From a virus (lineage: Duplodnaviria > Caudoviricetes): a DNA stretch of 64,000 nucleotides. The notes under the pieces were generated by a model. The model ran no database searches. It worked only from the letters and a program-made list of their open reading frames with translations, and was not told the DNA's origin. The DNA lies in the IMG/VR virus record IMGVR_UViG_3300014208_000026, positions 1 to 64,000 of that record; one strand, given 5' to 3'. This document shows, piece by piece, positions 9,488 through 18,237 of the stretch (position 1 is its first letter; each line of letters begins with the position of its first letter). Position numbers and translations under genes: made by a program.

Positions 9488-9579
9488 GCAGAGTCCCCGT
9501 GTAGACGGGGTTTGCGTGTCCGCTTCTGCGGCCTTCACGTACTGGACCGGTGAACCCCCGCGTAAGCGGGGTCAACTGC
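9488..9579. ncRNA. multi-hairpin structured element (ncRNA or bidirectional terminator)
   Basis: Four hairpins enclosed by GCAG/CTGC between convergent genes. Confidence 0.35.
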
Positions 9580-9653
9580 GTCAATAGCTTTACCCAGAGG
9601 ACGAACTCCCCCTGGAACCACTTGCTATTGGTTTTCAAAGAACAAAGTAAAAA

Positions 9654-11105
9654 TCACCAACTGCGAGCGGAACGGCTCTTCGTCAGCGACTTCTTCTCAG
9701 GCTCCTTCTTCTCCTCCGGAACCACGGGAGCCTTCACGTTCTGAGCGGAACCAGGGTCCCCTGCCGCCTGAGAGAAACTAGCCGCCGTGGCAGAACGCAC
9801 GGCATTTCTCTTCGACTTCGAAGCACCCCACTCGCCCGTGTAACTCTGCCGATTGAGGGAAGAGGTGTAGTTTGCCATGTTCGCGGCACCTCCTGCAGAG
9901 AGGTACTGCACTCGATTTTCCAGGCTCTCCCCCAACTTCAAAGCGTCGTCGACGAGATTTGTGACGAAAGCATCGTCATGGGAGGCAGAGCCTCTCAAGT
10001 TGTCGACACAGAACGCCATGATTCCGCGGGCCCCGACGAAATCTCCCGCTTCGGCCTTCTCCTTTGCCGCCTTGGAAGCATTCGCTACCTTGATGCGGTT
10101 GATCTGAGCATCCACCTCGACGTCCGGAACTTTGTCTGCCTCGGCGGCCTTGGTGTACAACACCCTAGCCTTCGCGGTAACCGACTGGCTCTTCCCTTCC
10201 GGATCAACCCAGGAGAGCGCGAGATCACACACCGTAACCGGACGGGCCGCCACGGCCTTGGTCGCTGCGGGAAGCTTGACCTTGATCAGACAATGCTTCT
10301 TGTCCTCGGCCAGAATATCATCGAGGGAGATCAGCACCTTCCCGCCGGTCTTCTCCTCCACGGCCACGTCGTCCAGAACTTCCAGAATCGTGACCCCGTT
10401 GTTGGGGGTCACTTCGAGCTTGAGGCTCTGGCCTACAACCGTGAGCAGGCTCCCAAACTCGTCGCCGAAAGCCGCTGCGATCTTCTCGGGGTCGTTGACA
10501 AAATGGTAGTTGCCGCCACCGACCTTGGCCAGCGTGGCCAGGAGATCCCCGTCATGGTCGGCGCCGTACCCGAAGAAAGAGGCACGGACGTTCGGAGTTG
10601 TTTCACGAAGGCCCGCCAGGAAAACCGTAAGGCCGGAGCCGTCGCGGATACCCGAATTGGCCTGCCCGTCCGTGAACACCAGCACTGCACTCGTAGCCGA
10701 AGAGGTGTCTGTATCCTTCAGGCAGGAGAACCCATCCGAAATACCGCCGGAAAGGTTGGTACTCGCCTGTGCGTGCATGGCGTGAATGGCATTTTTCACG
10801 TCTTGCTTCTTCCCGCCCATGAGCTTCGTGAGGGGCATGACTACGCGGGACTCTGAGGTGAACTCCACGACTGCGATGGAGTCCTTCTCGGTCATGTTGT
10901 CGATCATAACGTCACACGAGGTCTTGACGTGCTCCAGCTTCTGTCCCGACATAGACCCGCTCACGTCGATAACGGCGACAATGTTGAGGGGCTTACGCTC
11001 CACGCCCTTCTTCGCCGCGGGGGCGGTGATAGTAGCCAGAACCGTGACTTCGTTTTCCTTGTCGCGGTCCACCTTCGCAAAATCGAGCTTTGTATTGAGC
11101 TGCAT
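9654..11105 (-). CDS. vWA-domain protein (YfbK/ITIH-like)
   Basis: MIDAS residues DVSGSMS, TNLSGG and FTDGQAN. Confidence 0.85.
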   Translation of the reverse strand: MQLNTKLDFAKVDRDKENEVTVLATITAPAAKKGVERKPLNIVAVIDVSGSMSGQKLEHVKTSCDVMIDNMTEKDSIAVVEFTSESRVVMPLTKLMGGKKQDVKNAIHAMHAQASTNLSGGISDGFSCLKDTDTSSATSAVLVFTDGQANSGIRDGSGLTVFLAGLRETTPNVRASFFGYGADHDGDLLATLAKVGGGNYHFVNDPEKIAAAFGDEFGSLLTVVGQSLKLEVTPNNGVTILEVLDDVAVEEKTGGKVLISLDDILAEDKKHCLIKVKLPAATKAVAARPVTVCDLALSWVDPEGKSQSVTAKARVLYTKAAEADKVPDVEVDAQINRIKVANASKAAKEKAEAGDFVGARGIMAFCVDNLRGSASHDDAFVTNLVDDALKLGESLENRVQYLSAGGAANMANYTSSLNRQSYTGEWGASKSKRNAVRSATAASFSQAAGDPGSAQNVKAPVVPEEKKEPEKKSLTKSRSARSW

Positions 11106-11292
11106 GACTTTGGATTCCTTCTCTCAAGTCGTCGCACAACAACTTTGTTGCACGACAGGTTTGTTTCAACGCACACAAGTACCCGTTTCCGTGCTTTATC
11201 GAAGCGGCTTCTGAAAAGCCCTGTTCGGTCAAGCACACCCACGCAAACGACCAGACTGTAAATGGGACGGCGGAAGATGGTTTCCCTACGTC

Positions 11293-11649
11293 ATGATCAC
11301 ACCCGATTTGGCTGGCTACCGGCGGGCACTGTCCTTTTCAAAACGGAGCCCCTGCGATCCTCAGCACCACGAAGTCACTATACTCGAAACCGCTGGGGGA
11401 ATGCAAGAACTTTTTGCAATCCGGCGCCGACTGTGTTATCCTGTGCGGTGTTGGTGGAGATGCACATGGATAGGTTTTGCTGCAGAGAAATTTCCGGAGG
11501 ACCCGTTTTTGGGTGCCTGTCTCGTGTTGTGTCTATCCATTCTGAGCCTTGTCATCTACAGAAAAGCTTGCCCGTTTTGTCTCTCGGCTTTCCCGAGAAA
11601 AGGAAAACCTTGCCCGCGTTGCAGGTGCCGCGCTTCTACCGGTCAGTAG
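11293..11649 (+). CDS. possible membrane protein with C-terminal CxxC pair
   Basis: Hydrophobic segment followed by CPFC...CPRC. Confidence 0.4.
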   Translation: MITPDLAGYRRALSFSKRSPCDPQHHEVTILETAGGMQELFAIRRRLCYPVRCWWRCTWIGFAAEKFPEDPFLGACLVLCLSILSLVIYRKACPFCLSAFPRKGKPCPRCRCRASTGQ

Positions 11650-11676
11650 AATTCTACTTGGCAGTAGAGTAGACCT

Positions 11677-13197
11677 ATGGAAAACACCTTCCGCGAATCC
11701 ATGCTCCGTGGGGCTCTGAAACTGGCCCGAGCGGTATCCCTTACCTACGGCCCCTGCGGGCGTCGGGTCATACTGGAACGTCCAGGAGGACTCCTCTCCA
11801 CCCGAGACGGCGCTACCGTTGCCCGAGATCTTCACCTCGCCGACCGGACCGAGAACCTTGCCTGTCAGCTACTGAAACAAGCTTCCCTCACGGTCGACTC
11901 AGAAGTAGGGGACGGGACTACCACCACCGTCATTCTGGCGGCCAAGCTTCTGCGGGAAGGGCACAAACAGATCGTCGGCGGAACGGACCTCAATGATCTC
12001 CTTTCCGAGATCAAAGAAGGAACAGCCCTTGTTGTCGAATCTCTGAGACAAGGTTCGCAGAAAGCCGCTGAGCGGGAAATCCATCGGGTTGCCGAAATCT
12101 CCAGTGACGGAGACACGGCCATTGCCACGGCAGTTGCCGAGGCTGTTCTCTCCGTGGGGAAGTACGGAACCGTGACTGTAGAGGACGGGAAAACCCTGGA
12201 AATTCAGGTCGAGTACAAAGACGGGATGGAAATCCCCAAGGGCTTTGTCTCCTCCGACTTGGCCCCCGAGGAAACCCTAGAGGGACCCCTCGTGGCAGTT
12301 GTAAACCGAGAGTTGAGAACTTTCGAAGACGTGTCCTCTATCATGGAGGAAGCTTCCCAGTGGCCGAACAACCCCTTGCTTATCATCGCTCCGGCCATAT
12401 CGGGGGATGCTCTCGCCACGCTAATCATGAATCGACAGAAGAAGGTTCTAATCTCGACGGCGGTTGAACTGCCGACCCCTCTATATATGGATCTCCTGGA
12501 GGACGTCGCGGCCATAGCCTCTGCGACTCTCGTAGACCCCGCTGCGGGCATGGACGTTCGAGCTTTCAAACCGGAGTGGTTTGGCTTCTTTCGGTATGCA
12601 ACGCTCCGTAAGGAATCCAGCACTTTCATCTCGTACCCTGAAGCCCAGGAATCCATTCAGCAGCGTATTGCCACGCTGTCCCACCAGAAAGACACGACCT
12701 CCTTCGACTATGACAAGGACCGCTTACAGGAGCGCATCGCCAAGCTGTCCGAGGGGCTTTGCATTCTGAAGGTAGGCGGAAACACTGAAACGGAAATCCG
12801 TGAGCGCCGTACTCGGGTGGAAGACACCCTGAGTGCTGTTCGAACAGCCATGGAAAGCGGCGTCCTCCCTGGCGGGGGGCTGGCATACATTCAGGCTATT
12901 TCATGCTTGGATAGGAACATGCCAGGGCACCGTGTTCTGGCTGAAGCCCTCAAAGAACCTTTCCGTGTGTTGGTACAGAACAGCGGGAAAGAACCCGAGC
13001 CCCTTCTCCCTCAGATCGAGGTAGGAAGTAACGTAGGGTGGGACGTCATGCAGGGGCGGTTCAGGGACTTTATCCAGGAAGAGCCTCTGCTCATTGACCC
13101 GACCGGCGTTCTAGTCTCCGCCCTTCGGTCCGCCGTGTCGACCGCCTGCCTCATTCTCTCTTCTGAAACTGCCGTGCTTTGTAAGTCTAGAAAGTAG
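11677..13197 (+). CDS. groEL: divergent chaperonin GroEL/Cpn60
   Basis: TYGPCGR, TRDGATVA, VGDGTTT, RLQERIAKL and VLPGGG; no GGM tail. Confidence 0.9.
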   Translation: MENTFRESMLRGALKLARAVSLTYGPCGRRVILERPGGLLSTRDGATVARDLHLADRTENLACQLLKQASLTVDSEVGDGTTTTVILAAKLLREGHKQIVGGTDLNDLLSEIKEGTALVVESLRQGSQKAAEREIHRVAEISSDGDTAIATAVAEAVLSVGKYGTVTVEDGKTLEIQVEYKDGMEIPKGFVSSDLAPEETLEGPLVAVVNRELRTFEDVSSIMEEASQWPNNPLLIIAPAISGDALATLIMNRQKKVLISTAVELPTPLYMDLLEDVAAIASATLVDPAAGMDVRAFKPEWFGFFRYATLRKESSTFISYPEAQESIQQRIATLSHQKDTTSFDYDKDRLQERIAKLSEGLCILKVGGNTETEIRERRTRVEDTLSAVRTAMESGVLPGGGLAYIQAISCLDRNMPGHRVLAEALKEPFRVLVQNSGKEPEPLLPQIEVGSNVGWDVMQGRFRDFIQEEPLLIDPTGVLVSALRSAVSTACLILSSETAVLCKSRK

Positions 13198-13224
13198 TTT
13201 CATTTCACTCGACCTCGGTGTATA
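13197..13224 (+). promoter_or_regulatory. class I promoter
   Basis: GTTTCATT-N12-GGTGTATA. Confidence 0.82.
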
Positions 13225-13246
13225 TAGTGGGCGAGGGAGATGAAAA

Positions 13247-13864
13247 ATGCGAGTCCGGATTCACTGGCCGTTCTGCTTGTCCCTGCTGCTCTGGTGGGTT
13301 TTCTACGGAGCGGTGATGGCAAGCCTCATGGTAAACTCACCATCGTGGTTGAAAGACACGGCGGGCTGGACGGCAATTCTCTCCCCTCTCGTGAATATCT
13401 TCTTCACGGCTTGGGGGGCAGTAATCCTGCTCAAGTTCGTGGCTAGCCTCTTCCCACAGAAGGTGCCCCAACCTGCTGTTGAAGAACCTCTCGTAATCGA
13501 ACAAGAGGACGCGGCAGAGATTCTGAGTCTCGTTCAGGAAGCTTTCGAGGGAATGGCCCCCAACGAATGCTTAGCGGAGGATCCTCGGGTCACGGGCTCG
13601 GTCCTGGGAGCCATGAAACGCCTCGACCTGTACTTGACGGGCTCGACGGACTCCCGCAACGAACAGGACGAAAATCAGGTCAAGGAACTGTTGACCAACG
13701 GAGAAACCTGGACCGTCCCTCTTTCGGACGGGATCAGTGTCCTTTCCCTGAGATGGCCTACCGAGAACGATTCCCGCACCCTTTTCCTGGCTCCTCCCCT
13801 CGGCACCGCTCCCATCAGCTTCTCTGTCCGTCAACGCTGGAACAGTATCGCTTCCGCAGCCTAA
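13247..13864 (+). CDS. membrane protein with two N-terminal TM segments
   Basis: Two hydrophobic stretches followed by a soluble domain. Confidence 0.6.
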   Translation: MRVRIHWPFCLSLLLWWVFYGAVMASLMVNSPSWLKDTAGWTAILSPLVNIFFTAWGAVILLKFVASLFPQKVPQPAVEEPLVIEQEDAAEILSLVQEAFEGMAPNECLAEDPRVTGSVLGAMKRLDLYLTGSTDSRNEQDENQVKELLTNGETWTVPLSDGISVLSLRWPTENDSRTLFLAPPLGTAPISFSVRQRWNSIASAA

Positions 13865-13878
13865 AAATCACGCTCCGT

Positions 13879-13892
13879 TTTTCTGCTTATAG
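13879..13892 (+). promoter_or_regulatory. class III motif TTTTC-N3-TTATAG
   Basis: Similar motifs at 31127 and 62242, each ahead of genes with linker motifs. Confidence 0.5.
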
Positions 13893-13928
13893 TTTCCGGT
13901 AGGCAGAGTACCTTTCCTGGTGTCTGCC

Positions 13929-15191
13929 ATGCCCTTGATGACTTACGACGAACTCCCCGACGAGAAGAAACAACTCCTAAAGAGAGAGTTACGTAAGCTT
14001 TTCCTCACGGATTTCGGATTCGACGACAAAGAGTTGGGGCGGGCCGTAGTTACTCTGGACCAGTCAGCCAGAGCAGAGTTTGCTCGAAAGTACCGCCTCA
14101 AAGATGCTGATGAAGTGAACAAAGCCCTGGCCCAGATCAGCGGGAATCGCAGGGTGCCCAAATATGCTAAACGAATTGATCGCTTCTTCGTAGTGACCAA
14201 CCCAACGAAAAAAGACGAGTATGGCGACTTTGTTTTCCTGGCCGATTCGATCGAGCTTGGAGATATTGTCGTTGGAACCGGAGCCTCCGAATGGCGTCGT
14301 AGTCGTCCCGCTTTCTATGACACCGGCATGGATGCAGAAGCCGATGCCAACAAAAGACTGGACAAACTTTGGGACGGCGAGATTCCGGAATGGGTCTATG
14401 CAAATAGGTCCGCTGGCAACAGCACGGGTAAAAGGGCTGCATTCTGGAACCGACAAAAACCAACCGGCCCCACCGCTCCCGAAGGTCCCGTGGTGAAATG
14501 GTTCAATCGTTTTGCTGAGGTAAATGAGGCTTTCATCGAGAAACTACAGCAGAAAGCTCGCAAGGTATTCAAACGCGCTCCCGGGGGCTTCTCCCTGCCG
14601 ACCCAGGATGACGAGGATGCTTTTTTCTTCAAGCCCCTGCACGACCTGGAAGGTTGGTTTAGGGTGCTGTTCCCTGCGGGATACGGATCCGACTTCCTGG
14701 ATCTCGCTCGCAATCTAGGGGTAGAAGTCGTAAGATCCCACGGCATGATTGCATCCGACTTGAACCGCTGGGCTGTGAAAAAGGCTATGAGCAGGGTTTC
14801 CGGCGTGCAGTACGCCCGTATCGGGGACGCTGCAGACACCACAGGAAACCCCAAGTACAAAGGCACCTCCGCCGAAATCTGGTACGTGTTGCCCGCTTAC
14901 CACCGGCACTTCGGGATGGGATCGGGTTACGCCGAAACCCAGTATGGGCTGGCCCCGACCGTAGAAACCCTGGTAGACACCCACGTCAAGTTGGGCACTA
15001 TCGGGGAAAGGGACCTGGAAGCCCTCTTCGAAATGATGCAGGGCGAAGTCTGGAGTCCCGAAGGGGAAGCCAGGAGTTTGATCCTGAAGTCGGGAGCTAA
15101 GCACACTAGCATGTCCGTAGGAGACGTTGCTGTTGTGGCCGGACAGGCTTACATGGTCGAGCCTGCGGGCTTTAAGAAGTTGAAGGGTTAG
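13929..15191 (+). CDS. multidomain protein with C-terminal YodL-like domain
   Basis: C-terminal KHTSMSVGDVAV motif. Confidence 0.6.
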   Translation: MPLMTYDELPDEKKQLLKRELRKLFLTDFGFDDKELGRAVVTLDQSARAEFARKYRLKDADEVNKALAQISGNRRVPKYAKRIDRFFVVTNPTKKDEYGDFVFLADSIELGDIVVGTGASEWRRSRPAFYDTGMDAEADANKRLDKLWDGEIPEWVYANRSAGNSTGKRAAFWNRQKPTGPTAPEGPVVKWFNRFAEVNEAFIEKLQQKARKVFKRAPGGFSLPTQDDEDAFFFKPLHDLEGWFRVLFPAGYGSDFLDLARNLGVEVVRSHGMIASDLNRWAVKKAMSRVSGVQYARIGDAADTTGNPKYKGTSAEIWYVLPAYHRHFGMGSGYAETQYGLAPTVETLVDTHVKLGTIGERDLEALFEMMQGEVWSPEGEARSLILKSGAKHTSMSVGDVAVVAGQAYMVEPAGFKKLKG

Positions 15192-15196
15192 AGATT

Positions 15197-16051
15197 ATGA
15201 AAAAGAGTGCAAAAGCAAATGTAACACCGAGACGTCAACCTTCGCAGTACTCGTGCTGCACAGTAAGTCTCGCTATGTGCCTTAAAGCCCTGGGATTTCC
15301 TGACCCTGAATGCCAGATTGACCGTGTGAACGAGGTTCTGGGTGCAATGCCTTTACGGGGTGCTTCTTGGGATCAAGTAGCGGGTGCTGCTTCTCATTTT
15401 GGTTGTCGAGCTACTTTGATTATCCCTTGCACATTGAATAAAGTCAGAGAATGGACAGATAAAGGTACTCCGGTTATCATCGCTTGGAATTTGGGTAATG
15501 ATTGGGGACATGCCTCGGTTATCTACCATGTAACAGATAGTGAAGTTGAGATTGCTGATCCCAATTGCCCTGATCCGGAGCAAACTGTACGTGTATTAAC
15601 CCACGCTGAGTTCTATGAGAAGTGGTGGGAGAAGTCCTCCCAAGGATACAAGATCCGCAGACCCGCAATGGCAATTGAACGGGAAATCACCCCGGACGGG
15701 AGACAAGTCATGGCTAGCAAAAAGACCGCAGTAACCCTCGACATGACCGCTAGGCTGGCGCAACGCTATGCAGAGCAGCAGAAGACCGCAGTCTCCCCCG
15801 ACCAGTGGGAAGCGGCTGCTGAAGCTATCGAGGGAGGATTCAACAAGTTCCCTCTGAAGAACGTTTCGGACGTGTATGAACGTCTGACCGAGCGACTCGC
15901 CGAGGAACAAAAAATCCTCATTCGGCAGAAGCAAGTGGGCATGGGTCGTACGGCCGCCCCCGATATGCTGCTGGGCATGGTCCCGATCCTGGAGGAACTC
16001 GCCAAGATGGCTCTCCACACTGCCAAGGTCATTGAACAAAGGATGGGCTAA
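15197..16051 (+). CDS. C39-like cysteine peptidase fused to a linker-rich C-terminal region
   Basis: QPSQYSC (Q/C), WGHA (H) and IADP (D). Confidence 0.78.
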   Translation: MKKSAKANVTPRRQPSQYSCCTVSLAMCLKALGFPDPECQIDRVNEVLGAMPLRGASWDQVAGAASHFGCRATLIIPCTLNKVREWTDKGTPVIIAWNLGNDWGHASVIYHVTDSEVEIADPNCPDPEQTVRVLTHAEFYEKWWEKSSQGYKIRRPAMAIEREITPDGRQVMASKKTAVTLDMTARLAQRYAEQQKTAVSPDQWEAAAEAIEGGFNKFPLKNVSDVYERLTERLAEEQKILIRQKQVGMGRTAAPDMLLGMVPILEELAKMALHTAKVIEQRMG

Positions 16052-17340
16052 TGAAACGGTTTGCCTACGAAAATTGGTATGTTGATAAAAATGGGTATGC
16101 CCACGATGACGAGGGCAACCGTTGGTACGTCGGCCTGGAGGAAGGGTACTACCGTCCCGGGAGCATCCCTTCTGAGGATGTAGGGGGGTATTCCAGACCT
16201 CCGGTACACCACGCTCCAACGGTGCCCGCACAGAGCCCACAGCTCAAAGCTTTCGATGCTCTTTTGGCTAAAAGGCCGAACGATACTTTCCTCAAGTCAT
16301 TGCGTCATCAACTCGCCAGTGGCAGAGCCTTGAGTGACCCGCAGAAGAAAGCCCTGCGTAGAAATTTCCACCAGTATCGCATGGAAACAGAAGCGGTCTT
16401 GTTCCGGGCGGCTTCTGTCAAGTCGGCAAAACCCACCTCCTATCATCCCGGAGAAAGTGTCGAAATATGGCATCAGTTTCCAATAGACAACGATAAACCG
16501 GTTTCGAGAGGTGCCAAAGGCACTGTCTTGGAAGTCTCGAAGGGCTGGACCCGATACGGGCCAGACCCTGTCATAGACTATTTGACAGTGCAGTTTGAGG
16601 ACGGTAGAGTAATTAAGGATATCTCAGCCAACTATTTCTCCTTCAAAAACGTAGAACCCCGAGACTTTACAGAGGACACTTTCAAGGGTCTCATCAAAGC
16701 TCTTTCTAAGTTCGGTGGTAAACGGGAGAAGTCCTACGATCGATATGGGAGAAGCTGGGAATTCCCGTGGGGTAAGAGGCCCTCTGAGGATGATGTAATT
16801 GAGGTTATAAAACGTCTCCCGAATCTGGTATCTATGGATGGCCACAAAGCAATAGTTGAAGCCCTGAAAGGCCCGCCTAAGGACCCTGTTCTGTTCGAGG
16901 TGTATGTGTCATCGGACCAGGGGGGCATAGCACGCTCGGTGGGTTTGTCTCCTGTTTACAAAGGGGTCAAAATGTCTACTCACAAACCGAAACTCCCGAC
17001 CGTTCCGATTGGGCACTTTGTGGTCGACGTCTCCACCGTCCCTAACCACGATTTCCCTTCCGGGGATCAGGCCAGGGAAGTTCCGCAGAAAACGGAGTTC
17101 GTCAAGGTACGGAGTATGTCCGAAGCCCAAAAAGTGTACCGGTCTTATGCTCAGGGAATGGGCTCAGGGAACATGGCGGGCGGAAACGTGTATGCTCACA
17201 CCGGAAAACTCGTGGCACACATTTCTTACAACGGACGGGTCTGGGAAGTCGACGCTCAAGGAAACCCGACCAAGCAGGAGCTGAAATTTGCAGCCCAAAG
17301 GGTCGCGGCCCGTTTCCTGAAAACTCGCATCGAGGTCTAA
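16051..17340 (+). CDS. modular hypothetical protein with SH3-like and other small domains
   Basis: Domains separated by RAAS/KFAA; ends in RVAARFL. Confidence 0.65.
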   Translation: MKRFAYENWYVDKNGYAHDDEGNRWYVGLEEGYYRPGSIPSEDVGGYSRPPVHHAPTVPAQSPQLKAFDALLAKRPNDTFLKSLRHQLASGRALSDPQKKALRRNFHQYRMETEAVLFRAASVKSAKPTSYHPGESVEIWHQFPIDNDKPVSRGAKGTVLEVSKGWTRYGPDPVIDYLTVQFEDGRVIKDISANYFSFKNVEPRDFTEDTFKGLIKALSKFGGKREKSYDRYGRSWEFPWGKRPSEDDVIEVIKRLPNLVSMDGHKAIVEALKGPPKDPVLFEVYVSSDQGGIARSVGLSPVYKGVKMSTHKPKLPTVPIGHFVVDVSTVPNHDFPSGDQAREVPQKTEFVKVRSMSEAQKVYRSYAQGMGSGNMAGGNVYAHTGKLVAHISYNGRVWEVDAQGNPTKQELKFAAQRVAARFLKTRIEV

Positions 17341-17343
17341 AAC

Positions 17344-18234
17344 ATGAAAACGCGGGAACTAGAAATCCGCCTTGCCGCGTCTCGCATCAAGGCGGCCCTG
17401 ACTCCTGTCGGGAAAATCATCCTGGACCAAATGGGCGGAGCAGGGCGCGTGAGCGCTATGCTAGGCCTGAATGGAAAACAGTACTCCATTACTTCTACTC
17501 TGCACGGGGACGGTATTCGTATTCGATTCCCCCAGAGGAACCCCTCCAAGGGCAACGTCGTGGATATTGTTTACAACAAGGGCCAGGATCTGTACGACGT
17601 GACGTTCTACAAGCTTTCCGGCGTGAGCATGAACAAAATCCGCGAGGAGTCGGGTGTCTACTCCGATATGCTCAAGGATATGTTCGAACGGCAAACCGGC
17701 CTGTACCTCCGTATGGCCTCTATCAAGGTCGAGAACCTGAAAAAGGCCCTGGACGAAGAATGGGACTCTCTCGGCTCGAAGGCCCAGAGTAAGACAGCCA
17801 CGTCCAGGATCACGGACAAACTGTTGCTGAAAACCTTCCCCGAGTTGACTCCTGTCGAGGCCGCCAAGTATGCCCAGGCTTTCGGGTCCACTCACAACAC
17901 ACGCTCGGCAGAGAAACTGCTTGACCAGTTCTCCTCGTCTATCGGGGGCTACGGTGTTGAATCTCTCACCGAACAGGGACATTACAATGACGTGTCCGCT
18001 CTCTATGTGAATCGCGGGGATACCTACGACGCAACGATGATATATGACGCCGACGTGGGCGCTTTCCTTCTCCAGGCCTGGGGCGATTGGGTAGAAGAAG
18101 CTGAGGAGAGGGGCCGAACCATGACGGCCTCTGCCAAACCCATCCGAAAACAGTTTGCAAATCGTGCTAGGCAAAACTCTATCGTTGCTAAGTTCCCCAC
18201 TTCGGTCAAAAGCTGGCTCCGCTGGGAGAATTAA
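17344..18234 (+). CDS. two-domain hypothetical protein
   Basis: Domains joined at RMAS; N-terminal RLAASRIKAA. Confidence 0.65.
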   Translation: MKTRELEIRLAASRIKAALTPVGKIILDQMGGAGRVSAMLGLNGKQYSITSTLHGDGIRIRFPQRNPSKGNVVDIVYNKGQDLYDVTFYKLSGVSMNKIREESGVYSDMLKDMFERQTGLYLRMASIKVENLKKALDEEWDSLGSKAQSKTATSRITDKLLLKTFPELTPVEAAKYAQAFGSTHNTRSAEKLLDQFSSSIGGYGVESLTEQGHYNDVSALYVNRGDTYDATMIYDADVGAFLLQAWGDWVEEAEERGRTMTASAKPIRKQFANRARQNSIVAKFPTSVKSWLRWEN

Positions 18235-18237
18235 AAA

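Noticed and set aside
11128-11160. Riboswitch in the vWA gene leader
   Set aside because: There is a single hairpin of about 10 bp with no aptamer consensus I can recognise.
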